This document shows, one piece after another, positions 1-12,999 of a stretch of 64,000 nucleotides of DNA (position 1 is its first letter; every line of letters begins with the position of its first letter). The stretch is from Chrysomallon squamiferum (Eukaryota > Animalia > Mollusca): positions 18,600,001 to 18,664,000 of the forward strand of contig CM022673.1 of NCBI GenBank assembly GCA_012295275.1, in the 5' to 3' direction. A model generated the notes under the pieces. It made no database searches. It saw only the letters and a program-made list of their open reading frames with translations, and was not told the origin of the DNA. Made by a program: the position numbers and the translations under genes.

Positions 1-257
1 ATTCAAAGACTAATCATTCGAGCATAGGAGAACAGAATATTCATTCCTAAATACATCCAGTAAATAGCAAATAGATTATTAATAAGGAAAGGATTATAAA
101 CAAATTTGCTCTTGTTAAATCCAGAAAATATAGTTTTTAAACCGTACTTTTGTTACTTTTGACATTTGAAGCAATACCCTAAATGTAAGTAATATTTTCA
201 CAGAAATGTCACAAAGCATTGTGCTATCGCCTGGCTATATAGCAAAAATAAATAAAA

Positions 258-313
<56 letters not shown>

Positions 314-884
314 ATGATGATGGATGTTTTTATTACGACATTCTCTGTACTATTTTCTCAACACGTACAACTGTTTAAAGCCGGTTTCCTGAAGGAGATG
401 ACTGATTCATATTAATTGTTTACTACTTGCATTTTCTGTCATGTGATAGAATTAATGATATAAAACACGGAGCTTGACCAAGTACTGAGTAAGTTAGGTA
501 AAGTTTTGCAGTGCTTGCGCAATTCACAGAAACGTTTTATCTTCTACAAAAAGAAAAATTAAATATTTAAATAAACTCAATTAAAACTAATATTTATTAA
601 TAATTATCTTTCCACATGAAAATATTAAACCATCCTGTGAACGCAATAATAATAATAATAGTAATAATAAAATATTAGCACAAAAAGTGAAATTTCTGTG
701 TACTTTTCGACCAAATCTTTGTGTAAACAGGATATAGGATTTGAACCTAGTGTGACGAAACATGACATAAACATGATAGATAAACAGGTTTAACTTGAAC
801 TGTTGTTATTGTGAAATATTTATGTGCAGACGGTGAACTGTGTACTCAACTAGAGATTAGCTATTTCTGTGCATATGTACGTAC

Positions 885-933
<49 letters not shown>

Positions 934-1204
934 GGCGTGTGTGGTATGTATTATGTGCGGATGTATGTTTATTCTATATATGTATGAATTTAAGTACAAA
1001 TGAATTTGCTGGATTATTATTTAAAAATATATTAAATTGTTTTATTTTTAGAACCTGTTGTCCAGGTCTCTGTTCTGTTTTGAGCTATATTTGTCAGGTG
1101 GGTTCTTTCCCGCAGACTTCCAGCTCATCCCTCCATCCTCCCGCTGTTGCTTTTCTAACTAGATCATTTCACTTTGCATGTTTTCCAAGTGTTTATGTGT
1201 TGTT

Positions 1205-2163
1205 ATAAATATAGAGTGTTTCAGTCGACCTGAGACTCATTGGATTAAATAAAATAGTAATGATAATAAACAGTAATTTTTACAATAATAAATAGATTAA
1301 TTATATTACACTAAAAGACTTTTAGCTGGCACTGTTTATATTATATTGATTATTAATTTAACATTTCCAGGGTAGTAAAAACAAAAGCAGTTTTACCTAC
1401 TTATTAATAATTTAATACAGATAATCTCAAATGATATCAAAAAAAATGTCAGTTTTAAAGACTCTGTACTGTGTATTATAATAACGAATGAGAAACTGAC
1501 ATCTCTGATAAAACAACTTGGCGCTTAGGTGATTTAAAAACATACCAGCTACAGCTGCTCCGATTGTTTTACAGGACTCGAACAAGTAATGTCTGGACTG
1601 TCTCATAGCTGTGTGAAGTTCTGAGGAAATCCCTTCACAGAAAGATGCTACAACACTCATACAGTAGTGCATTTTCCCCATAGAACTGAAACAGAATAAA
1701 CAATATCAAAATAATTAAACATGTATGTAGCTGTCAATTGTTTTTGGGTTTTTTTTTTTTTTTACTGGCTTTGATGCCTGTTCTTATATTTATCTTAAAA
1801 TGTTAGAATGTTCTTATATTTATCTTGGTCAGGTGTTATGTATCTTACTATATACTGCACTGAAATATATACTTTTCTTTGCTTTCACTTGACCTTTATG
1901 TTTACTGACCAATTGTTTTACAAATTATACTGTTTACATATAAATAACTTATTAATGTTGTTAGTGTTACTGCTTTGCTAATGCCACTATAATTCTATTA
2001 TTGCTGTTAATTACTTTAACAACTGCTAGGAAATATAATACTATTACTTCTGCAGCTCATTAGGTTACTACTCCTACTACTGCTGCTGCTGCTGCTACCA
2101 AGACTCTGACATAGTTGTAGCTTTGCAGCACACATGACATCAGATTGCTGCATGTTCCAGAAA
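1205..2163 (-). pseudogene. Orphan 3' exons (10, 11, 13) of the five-domain Cys-rich gene, copy A
   Basis: Exon 11 copy at 1546-1685 (SMGKMHYCMSVVASFCEG...CKTIGAAVA). Exon 10 is truncated (~2098-2163, SGTCSNLMSCVLQSYNYVRVL). The exon 12 region is deleted near 1255, and there are no upstream exons. Confidence 0.85.
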
Positions 2164-2277
2164 CTGTATATACAACAAGGAAGCATAAACATAAAAAACA
2201 AAGCAACAACTTAACTCAGTTTGACATTCTTTCTAATTTCTCTTTGATATTGTTATTGTTTTTATTGCTTTTATTGC

Positions 2278-2312
<35 letters not shown>

Positions 2313-3109
2313 TTCATTTATTTATTTATTTATTTAACAAACTGATTATCATATACTATTAAAATATAATTTTAATATTCCAATACATGTTATTGTTTTT
2401 GTTGCTCTTACAGTCACATTTTATTAATAATAAATTTACAAATAAATTAACAAGCTTTACATTTGGGTTGAAGTAAAACTTTATTTGACCTCATTTTATA
2501 TGTCAAAATGAACAAAAGGATATAAATAAAGTTTAGAAAGTTATTGTGGAGTTAAGATGTCCTCAGACTGTTGTTAAAATAAACAAAATGTTATCTTCCA
2601 TGCAGGTTCGTTATTTGCTTTTTCATGTTTTATTGTTACAAAAGACTGGTAATCAGTAACAAACAACAACAATCACTTGGAAGCATATACAAAAATTTTA
2701 GATCACGTTTTTCAACCCCTGCAATCAATAAGAAAACCAGAACACATTTTCTTTCATAATTTTTTTTTTTAATTCTAATTTTAGTTTTTAATATCAGTCT
2801 TTGAAATGACCAAAGAAGTGCACACTGACCAATGTAAAATATGCTGTAAAATAACACTTGGCACCTCTTAATCTATTCTACAAAAATAACCATGCATGAA
2901 TTTTTATTATTGATACAAATACTAGATTTTAATAATAATCTTTTAATAATTATCTTTTGCAGTTTGTAAAATATTAATAACGTTAGTAATTCTCTAGTTG
3001 TTATTTTGCTGTCCTTTTTTGTCTGTTTTAAGTTGTTGTTTTTTTTCCCCATTTCTCTCTGTTTCATAAATGTGTTAGATTATTAAACATACTTTTTAGT
3101 AAAGTTAAC

Positions 3110-4992
3110 AGAGTCGTATGTAAAACACAAGAGATCTGCTTATTCTCTTCTTGTCAAATAAATCATGAACTGTCTATAAGTGACTCTCCACCAACTCTAG
3201 AGGCCTTGATTTCAGTTCACTCACAGACTTTACTGATTAGTAAGTAATATAAATTTTATTTAAAGACCAAGAGATCTTTGGTTTCACTTTATTGCACATA
3301 CACGAAAATATAATCAAGTTTTTGGCCTTCATTGAAACAGGAAATAAAAAATATTCAATACAGTGATACCTTGACTTAACATTAATCCATTCCAGTCCCC
3401 ATAAACACCACCCCATGTTATTTATTTTTTTTAGTAACTTTTCTAAATAAGAAAAATGTATTTATAAATGACAAATATTGTATAAAAAAATAAAAGAATG
3501 TAAAGAAATAAACTGGTTTTGTAAAGTGTATTTATCTTGGAGATCAGACAAATTATTTTAATGCCTTTGGCTGGAGATACAGCCTGTTTCGACTCCTTCA
3601 GCTTCAATATGGTACCTATTGTAGAAATACTACACTCGTACTGTCTAGCCAAGTTGACTACATGCACATCTTGCTCATGTTTTTCTGTGAATTCAAGATT
3701 TAATTCAATGGACATCATCTGCTTCTTCTCAGCACTGTTCTTTATACTCACTTTCTTAGTATCCATGGCCAAAAAAAAGAAGTTTGGCAAAATACTGCAC
3801 ATAACACAAGCACAACACAACAGAGTTCCTTCTGCAGCGTGGTAACCATGTGAAGTAAACGAGTGAGACGTGGGATGCTGGCCGCATGTTATGTTTTTCT
3901 TTGCTCCAACTAGTGGTGGTGTATCTGAAGCTCACTCGTAACTCGGATTTTGGCTCACAACTCAAAGCAATAAATCAACCAGGAGATTGCTTGTAGCTCA
4001 AAAAACTCATAAATTATGGCACTCGTAAGTCGAGGAACCACTGCATGTATTTTACATATCTCTGAATTAATTTGTTTTTTTATTTATTTCTAAATGTTCT
4101 TCTAAAACATAGTAGATCCAAATTTTTCTCAGATTAATTGCTATTGCTGTATGACAGATAAACTCACCTGTATGTCAGTTCACATCTGTACAATAGATCC
4201 TGCACCATCCATGTAATGTCCATATCTAAATTAATGCACAACTTAAACTGTACCTGTATGGAGTAAACAAGTATTAAAGTTCTCTGTATTAACTTCCTAA
4301 TTTTATTTGTTTCTTCTTAATTTATATTTAATTTGTATAAATTTTATGATAGTTTTAACATGTGGCATGTATACTGACAAAGTATTCTATAAATCAGGTT
4401 ATTATTCTTTAATTTATTTCTATATACATACATACACACACAGAACATATTTAAGGACAATTTGAATGGATATCTAACTGTTAATTAAACAGCTAATTGT
4501 AAATGAAGAAATAAATTGAATTTATTATCTACCTTCAAGTAAAACAACTTGATTTTCTCAGGTTGGAATGAACAGCATCCATAATAACAAATATCTCTGT
4601 CACCAAGCAGAAACTTTCAAAGTAATCTTCAGTTCTTTTCCATGAATACTCCAAGTCTCTCACAGTGAGCAAACAGCTGTGAGTCTGACTAACTCCACTG
4701 TCTCAGATTCTCTCCATAGCTATGTAGTCTTGTCTTTTCTACTGTGTTTTTTTACCAGAAAAATACGACTGGTTGTTGAAATTATTTTCACTGTTTTGAA
4801 GTGGACGTTTTACTGATTTAATATCACATTTCAGATGACTCGACGAATTCTGAGCTAACAGATTACAAAGACTATCAGAATGCTCAGCTGTTATTAACGA
4901 ATCTCCAAGTTTAGTATGATGGTCATGGCTGGAGTTCTAACTGAGTACACAACTGTTGAGCAGTACTTGACTTGTCAGAACAGTATGTCTTA
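3110..4992 (-). pseudogene. TRDMT1: TRDMT1/DNMT2 pseudogene, copy A (5'-truncated)
   Basis: Exon 4533-4992 ends IMDAVHSNLRKSSCFT*R (DNMT2 CFT motif). Exon 4168-4225 reads YGHYMDGAGSIVQM*TDIQ. A degenerate motif IX exon lies at ~3110-3240. In-frame stops are present. Confidence 0.85.
3361..4043 (-). mobile_element. Tigger/pogo-family non-autonomous DNA transposon
   Basis: TIRs CAGTGATACCTTGACTTA...TAAGTCGAGGAACCACTG with TA on the left. Internal ORF MDTKKVSIKNSAEKKQMMSIELNLEFTEKHEQDVHVVNLARQYECSISTIGTILK is a CENP-B/Psq HTH of a Tigger transposase N-terminus. Confidence 0.9.
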
Positions 4993-5246
<254 letters not shown>

Positions 5247-5999
5247 CGCTATATATTTACTTTATCTATCTATCTATCTATTTATCTAACCATATATATA
5301 TATCTATCTTTCTCATACTTTGGTGTAATGGCAATCGATCTGATGTACATAAAAATTAAATCAGAAAGACCAGTTGATGCTTGCTGTGAGTCGTGACGAC
5401 TCCACTAATAGATTTTTAACAACTGTCATTGGAGTCAGCGCATCTCTCAACACTAACTTTCTGAAACATCCGAAAAGTCAAGATCAGTTCCAGATTATAA
5501 CGAATTACCAGTTTCCATAATGTTCTTGTCTCCTGACATTTTTCAAACGCGCTGTGGTCAAGCCAATCAAAAGACTCGATTCATCTTCCGATCTGTGATT
5601 CTTCACTGTCATCTCTGAGGACTGGCCGAGAAGCGGAAAGGCCATTCTTTTCTTTAAGCAAGTGTCTGGCGCTGATTGTACTGAATAACGACAGAAGAGC
5701 TGTGTATGTGGAAGAGCTTTTCTAATAGTATAATCCTGATGTTATGCGACCACAGAGGGCTTTTCTCTTTTTCTTTCTAGCGTCTTCATACTGCTATATC
5801 TGATTTTTTTAGCGATGTAGGGAAAAAACGAGAGTCTTATTAATTGATCTGTACTTTGTACTCAACAGTATGTAAAGAATATATGAATAAATTATCGAAG
5901 AACGTTTTTAACTGAATAACCAACACATCAGAGACATTAACGAAAACACCAACATCCTAATGAATGAAAGCAAACGACAAATAGAAAAATAGCTTAAAT

Positions 6000-7560
6000 T
6001 TGTGTCGTTTAAAAGCTTAATAAAATCTGATTTATAGTTTAATAAGACACAACAGCTATCTCCTTAAAACATCCAGTGAAAAGCCTGTTTTAAAAATAAA
6101 CAAAACTTGAGTGCTATTTCATTGAAAATAAATATTAGATTATAAAATTTGTCTTAGTATAAAAACAAATGGAACGTATCTTCTACGTCCTGATGAAAAA
6201 CAGAAACAGATTTCTATTAACAATACCTTATTTATAGAGTTTTTAATCTTATGCGCTATTTTAAAATCAGTATCTATCATTTCACAGGTAAATATTTCTA
6301 AAAGGTATATCCAGGAACATAGAATCATTGGTCTTGCCAGAGCATATCTGCTGTTGGAGTTTGAGATGACTTCGAAATTCAGGAAATGCCCTTGAACTAT
6401 TTCAGCTAATATTGATATATTAAGAAATCCTGTAATAAATCCATATGTAATATAAGCGATAGCTGTTACTCCAGAATCAATGAAAACTTTCATAAATAAC
6501 ATTTTACTGTCAGGCCTGATAAAAGGATTGTGAATAAGGGTTGTGTTACTATTTAGTAAAGATTTTAGAGAAGATCTTTTCTCGACTGGAAACTATATCC
6601 CATGCGGATAATAACTGTATATAACGTTGAAAATAATTAATATGATAAATTCATATTTGTGTAATTTTTACGGAATTCTGTCATAGTAAATTTTCACACT
6701 GATTTAAATTCATTATCAAAATACATTTTTTATAATTTAATTCGGAAAGCAATCTTTTTTAAGTCCAACATCATTAATCTTTAAACCTCTTGATTTTTTT
6801 CGTTGAAGTCATACTTGAATGTTTAATTAAAGCTACTTTGTTTTCTAACATAAACTTATTAAAACATTTCAGACTTTCTCTTTCGACCCTCTCTGGTATA
6901 TTGATTGCAGTTTTCACTTACCAGTTTCTTAATTAACAAAATGTTCTAAACTGTAGTTTTTTCATTTAATGTCCATTTTCTTTTTTTTCCATAAATTAAT
7001 TTAATTGTTAATATTTTTCTATTTTTCTTTTCCACTTAAGATTTTCACACATATATTTGTTAGACCCTAAATAAATATCTAAAATTTCAACACATTTTTT
7101 TAAAAGTATCTAGACTATCAAAAGTACTTCAATTGTAGTATCGTCAGAATTCTAATATATTCATGAAGTATAGTTTTCTGATACTTTGATACCATTAATA
7201 TTACCTTTACTAATTAAAAGATTTAAAGGTTTAGCGCTATTTCTTTTTCACGATCTATTTTGATTAAGTAACCTTCATCATTTCTGAATTCTGTTAAATC
7301 TATTCTATCTCTTATTAACATTACATTATCTAGTCTATGTATCCATGAGACACAACATTCTGATCAAAGCAGATAATTTTTGACATCACTAATATTTTTC
7401 GACATTTAGAAGACTTAATAGTTTCTAATATGAGATACTTTTGTTTCCTTTCTTCTTGTAGAATAGACTGATTTTCGTTTTTTCTACCGTTAAACCATCT
7501 AGACCAGAAATATATTTTTATTAATTGTTTTCAGCATTTCTGTAATTCATCTATAGAGAT
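6000..7560 (-). mobile_element. Degenerate L1/Tx1-like LINE ORF2 fragment
   Basis: Broken minus-strand frames include ISGLDGLTVE, ISLFYKKKGNK, ILDIYLGSNKY and a QPLFHNPFI-like segment. Homologous to 14250-15800 and 33700-34510. Confidence 0.8.
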
Positions 7561-8033
7561 ACATACATACATACACATACATACATACATACATACGTAC
7601 ATACCTTAATATAGGAAGATTATGATTAGAAAGCCTAAACCGTAACAGTACGCATCAGTATTTTCTATCTATAAAGCTGAAATATGTCTCGAATTCAACA
7701 GTATTTTTAAATAGTTTTGGACGAACTATCAATGACAAAGTACCAACCAATATCTTGCTCCCTAAGTACATTCCCTATATTAATAAGTGGGAAATTGCTA
7801 CGTGTCTTACTCTTGTGTAAAATGAGTGTATAGCAAACTCATTATTGTCTTGGTTGAAATGTGCTAGTGATTTTACTGACTATATGATTCAAATTCTATG
7901 CTATTTCCACGAATAGAGTAATTTTATTTTATTATGAGCTGTCTTTTTTCTTCATTCAAAATTGTCGGTTCAGATTAAAAACAGAATGTCATAGGTAATC
8001 AATGAAAAATTTATATTTATTATGTTAGTATTC

Positions 8034-9199
8034 TTGTTATAGAACTGTGCTGCATGTTTTGCATTCGTCTTTGTTTTCTTCTAGCAAATGTGGCCATTGC
8101 AGCAGTTGTTCCACAATATGCAGGACGTAGTCCGCTTTTGGAGACAACGTTTCCATCACAACACATCCTGAATGTTGGATCGTAGCTGCTGTGACCGCAT
8201 ACAGCTGTATTTCAAAATTAAAATAATGACATTTACATATTTTCTTTACTATTATCTAGTTGTCTTTCTGTCAGTCTGTCTGTCGCTATTTCTGTCTATC
8301 TGTTAATGTATTAATATAGATATACAGTGGTACCTTGACTTACGTGTTTAATTGGTTCCATGACCGAGCTTATGTATCAATTTCCTCTTATATCAAATCA
8401 ATTTTCCCAATTGAAATTAATTGAAATAACATTAATCCGTTCCAGCCCCCCAAAAAGCACCCTTTTTGTTTTTTGTGACATATTTTTAAATAAGATAAAT
8501 GTATTTATAAATGACAAATATTATATAAAACAAAATAAAAGAGAATGTAAAGAAATAATTTGGTTTTGTAAAGCGTATTTATACTGGAGATCAGTCAAAT
8601 TATTTTAACGCCTTTGGCTGAAGTTACAGCCTTTATTGACTCCTTCTGCTTCAGTATGGTACATATCGTAGAAGTACTACACTCGTACTGCCTAGCCAAG
8701 TCGACTACATGCACACCTCGCTCACGTTTTTCTATGAATCCAAACTTTAATTCACTGGAAATCATCCGCTTCGTCTTCTCAGCACTGTCCTTTGCACTCA
8801 CTTTCTTAGGTTCCATGATCAGAAAAAGAAATTCATCAAAATACTGCACAAAACGCGAGCACAACACAACAGAGATGCTTCTGCGGCGATGTAACCACGT
8901 GAAGTAAACGAGTGAGACTCGTAACTCGAAAAACTCGAAAGCTGGGGCACTCTTATATCGAGGTTCCACTGTATTAATTATCGAGCTATTTCTTTACCCG
9001 ATTCCTTTGTGTTCAGGTTAAGATATCTGGATGTTTTCAAAAGGTGTTCAAAATGTATGTAGCCTGTTTATTTGTGTAATCAAAGCTATACTTTGTAAGA
9101 AAATTACCTTTTGAAAATGCCAACGCTAATGTTTCCCGTAGTTGAATGCGTTATTATTAATAGAGCGACACAAAAAGCCAAAAGAGAAATATTCCTCAT
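8034..9199 (-). pseudogene. Galaxin-like Cys-rich secreted prepropeptide gene, copy A (exon 3 internally deleted and frameshifted)
   Basis: Exon 9108-9199 is MRNISLLAFCVALLIITHSTTGNISVGIFK with a signal peptide. Exon 8998-9026 is RYLNLNTKES. Exon 3 from 8204 is AVCGHSSYDPTFRMCCDGNVVSKSGLRPAYCG, then a 109-bp deletion relative to 23854-24086 shifts the frame. Phases 2 and 1 match. Confidence 0.85.
8325..8971 (-). mobile_element. Tigger/pogo-family non-autonomous DNA transposon in intron 2 of the galaxin-like gene
   Basis: TIRs CAGTGGTACCTTGACTTACG / TATCGAGGTTCCACTG with TA on both sides. ORF MEPKKVSAKDSAEKTKRMISSELKFGFIEKRERGVHVVDLARQYECSTSTICTILKQK. Confidence 0.92.
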
Positions 9200-9629
9200 T
9201 TCTTTTTTTTTTAATAATTATTATTATATCTTTTTTTATCTGGAGAGAAGAAAAGAAGACATTATTTATAATATTAATAAAGCAATATACAATACTTATT
9301 TATTTATATAACTGCAGAAGCCTATGAAATCGCAAAACATTTAAACTTGTAATAGTTGTTGTTATAAAACTATAATATTCTTAATTTTAATAATAAAATA
9401 CAACATATAAAGATTAAATCATAAACATCCAAGTCGGAAATAATAAAAATTGAAGAAAGAAACGCCTGTGTTGCCTAACAGAGGGTTTTGAATTTATAAC
9501 ACTTTCCAAAGCCTATAATCTCTCTCTAATGGATAATCCTATATGTACTACTGCTACTCCTACTACCACTACTACTACTCCTAATACCACTACTACTACT
9601 GCTACTACTACTACTACTACTACTACTAC

Positions 9630-9664
<35 letters not shown>

Positions 9665-10640
9665 TTAATAATAATAATAATGTAAAATAATACATGAAAA
9701 AAACCTATCATGTGAAAGTCTGAGATAATGATGTAAGAAAATTGATAATATAATCGATTTATAAATGTTCTGATGCTAAACTTTGCAGTATTACTTACTA
9801 CTAACCTGAATACCCTGTATTTCTTATTACATATGTGAAGAATCAGATCGAATACTTTAATGATGTTAAATCAAAACAAATGCAGTATTAACCAGTCGAA
9901 GATAAAGGAAAATAATTATTAGCAGTTTTTGATAGAATATTAAATGAATCAAAAATTCTAAATTTTGATTTAAAAAAACGATTAACAATTCTAAATGAAA
10001 TCTTTTCTAATATTTTTCCTAATCGCAGATGAGAAGTAAGATGTTGAACCTTGAACCTTGAACAAAATTTGACGTGCTAATCAGAGCAAGCTCTTGTGAA
10101 GCACGTCTTTCGTAGTAAGAATAGCTAATGTCCTTTATATATTGATTTGGGTTCCAAAATGAAACACTTTGATAACACATCTCAGTACTATGGCCAATGC
10201 AAATATTTCGACTGCGACATTTGTCATAACTCCGATAGGCGGAAAGATTCTGCACATCCGTCTGAGTGATGGACAATGTCAGCTGAAAGGTGACATAAAG
10301 GAGTAAGCGAATCTACATGTTGTTCAGTATACCCACCTATCTAGTTTGATTAACTGCTACGTATCTATCACAAGTGTAGAACATATAGGGTGAATATATT
10401 AATTATATTATGTAACGTTTTCGGAGACCTATTAAAACCGTAACAGGAGAATGAAAATAATTGTTAATATTCGTTTTAAGCTATTGTTTGTATTAAACAA
10501 TATGCCGTTAGTGACACAGATTACACTAGAAACTTACCGCACCAAAGCAAGTGCGTACAAATTTTGCCAAAGAGCGCTGCCAAACTCTTATCACAGCAAG
10601 GCCAAAGTTTCAAGATTACCTCCCGTGACCTCAATGTATA

Positions 10641-11198
10641 TGACTAGTGAAAAAAAGGTAAAATATAAAGGAACGACAGGTCTTGAAAGAAAATATTAAA
10701 AACTATGTAAGTGAATAAACTGCCTTTAAATTCTCCAATAAGTGAATAATTAGATTCATCCGTGATAACCTTTAACTGAAAGTCGAACTCTTAAAGATAG
10801 TTTTTAAATGTTTGTGTTAAGTTAGTTAGCAGCTAAGTTAGGGATCCGCTTGTCTCGTCGCTTACTTTTCTTCAGACCCTCACTTTCCTCTGTGGCCCGC
10901 GTGTAATTACTGTATTCCTGAGGATACAAATGAAAACCGCGGAATCGAAGAATTAATCTAGCAATCAGCCTGACAAGTTTTTCTCACACAAAACTCCCCT
11001 AACTTAGCTGCTAAATAACTTAACACAAACATTCGAAAACTATCTTTAAGAGTTCGACTTTTAGTTAAAGGTTATCACGGATGAATCTAATTATTCACTT
11101 ATTGGAGAATTTAAAGGCAGTTTATTCACTTACATAGTTTTTAATATTTTCTTTCAAGACCTGTCGTTCCTTTATATTTTACCTTTTTTCACTAGTCA
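10641..11198. mobile_element. MITE/foldback element with ~200-bp terminal inverted repeats
   Basis: 10641-10843 is the near-perfect reverse complement of ~10995-11198 (TGACTAGTGAAAAAAAGG...CCTTTTTTCACTAGTCA), flanked by TA. The right arm only is repeated at ~24505-24870. Confidence 0.85.
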
Positions 11199-12999
11199 TA
11201 AAAACAAATAAACAATGTCGTTTGAGAGAGAGCGCATGCGTAATATTATTTTATTTTTATAATTTGGAAGGTTTATTTGTTTACTTATTTATTTTACATT
11301 TCTATTTATTGGTTATCTTTTCAGCTATGAAAGCTAAGTGATTAATAATTACTTTTTTCACTTAGAATAAAGAAAACGAAACGAAGAAAGAACAATATAT
11401 ATAAATTATGCGGAACAAGCACATTTGGCAAAAATTAGTTAAAAATGTGATTTAGAAAATAAATATCTATTGATAAGATAGTTTTGTTACGGTTCAAATA
11501 TGCTGTTCCATTTGTTCTGCGACATCGCATGAGACGTATAATAATCTTTACACTGTCGATGATATTAGCTAGTGGTGCACGTGAAAACGTATTACTGCTA
11601 CAGCTGCTGTTGTCAGCACACTGATTACAATGACAAATTATAATAGTAACTTGTCTTAGTCCATTTTTAATAGTACAGATAATTTTAAAACAGAACAGAT
11701 CTATACAGATTAAATTTATTTTAACATTTTTCGAGCTTCTTTTAGTTTTGCACTACACGTTGCTGGTCCTGATAAGATCCATCAGTATTTTCAAAAGTTT
11801 GAATTAATTTAAGTTATCATGTTAGTTCCTAAGTCCGGTCAGGTAGTGTTTGTGCGTTAATTAACCGAAGTTCTAACTCAAGCTTGATTTAACGTCGAGT
11901 TTCAAGTAATGGCACATCTTCCAGTTTCACATCTACCAACAGAACCAAATATTTAGGAGGTTATTTTGTTGTTGTTGTTTTATTTTTGTTTTATTTTTAG
12001 TTTTTTCCTTTTTATTTTTATTTTTTTTTCTAAACCAGATAAACAAGAAGTTCAGCTCATAATGTTCTCAGTATTTAGTTTTACTGCCATGTTTTAGAGA
12101 CTACTACTAATTACCTAGACATGATATGCTGTATTATTCAGAGCTGATTTCATTTGTCCAAACATAATTAAAGGCGCCGTTTAATGACTGGAATATGTGA
12201 GTTATCTGGCCGCTACGTTTTCTTTCAGTTAAATTTTATAAATTATAGTCTTTGACATTTGGCATAAAACATTATCGTTCATACTAATTATTATGGACAA
12301 CGTATTAAGTTTACTTTGCTGTGATCGTACAGTGGCGTCACTGACAATAATTAAAAAGTAAAAATGTATATCTAGCTAATTCTGTTATAAAGTACAGTGC
12401 ACATACACAGCATGATCATCAACGTGGTCAGCGTAACTTTCTCAGTTAAAGTGTAAATGTATTAATAAATAACATAATGTTTGTGAATTTGTTATTGTTG
12501 TTTATTTTAACTTCTATCTATTTATTAACAATATTAACAGCACATAACATTATTTGTTTTAAATTTTATGTGAACATAGCTTTGTAAAACAATATGAAAT
12601 TGATAATTTCCCAATAATAATAATGCAGGAAACTATTCATATAATACAATTATATACCAACTAATTTCAGTTTTAAAAATGTTAAGTATGTATTGATAAT
12701 CGACAGTTTTTGGTTTTCTGACCCATAAAACATATAATCCACCTCCAAGCTTTTATTAATGCCCCGAAAACTGGAATCAACATGTAGGTCCACAGATCCA
12801 GTTTGTCAACCTATGATCAAGTTGAAATGAAATAAGAATGAGTTTCTATCTTAATTGATGTTTCCACAAGTGTCAGTCACTTGCGAACTTCAACCAATCA
12901 AAGCGAGCTATTTTCTCACACCTATAATATTTTATTATATATATATATTTGAATACTAGTGAATATTTATTTTAATATATTAAAGAGAGAAACTGACTT

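Noticed and set aside
1055-1170. Sulfotransferase-like VRKATAGGWRDEL on the minus strand
   Set aside because: Flanked by stops, with no other motifs. It lies in the probable 3' UTR of the Cys-rich gene.
891-1208. Plus-strand ORFs CCPGLCSVLSYICQVG (also 16896 and 30566)
   Set aside because: They recur only because of the duplication, and are antisense to the last exon/UTR of the Cys-rich gene.
2460-4253. SLF2/FAM178-like exons (LPSVILQHILHWSVCTSLVIS; VQFKLCINLDMDITWMVQ)
   Set aside because: The alternative frame of 4168-4225 and neighbouring exons match DNMT2 motifs far better. 2460-2872 stays unassigned.
5330-5800. Coding-like GC-richer patch on the minus strand
   Set aside because: All frames have stops and I recognise no motif.
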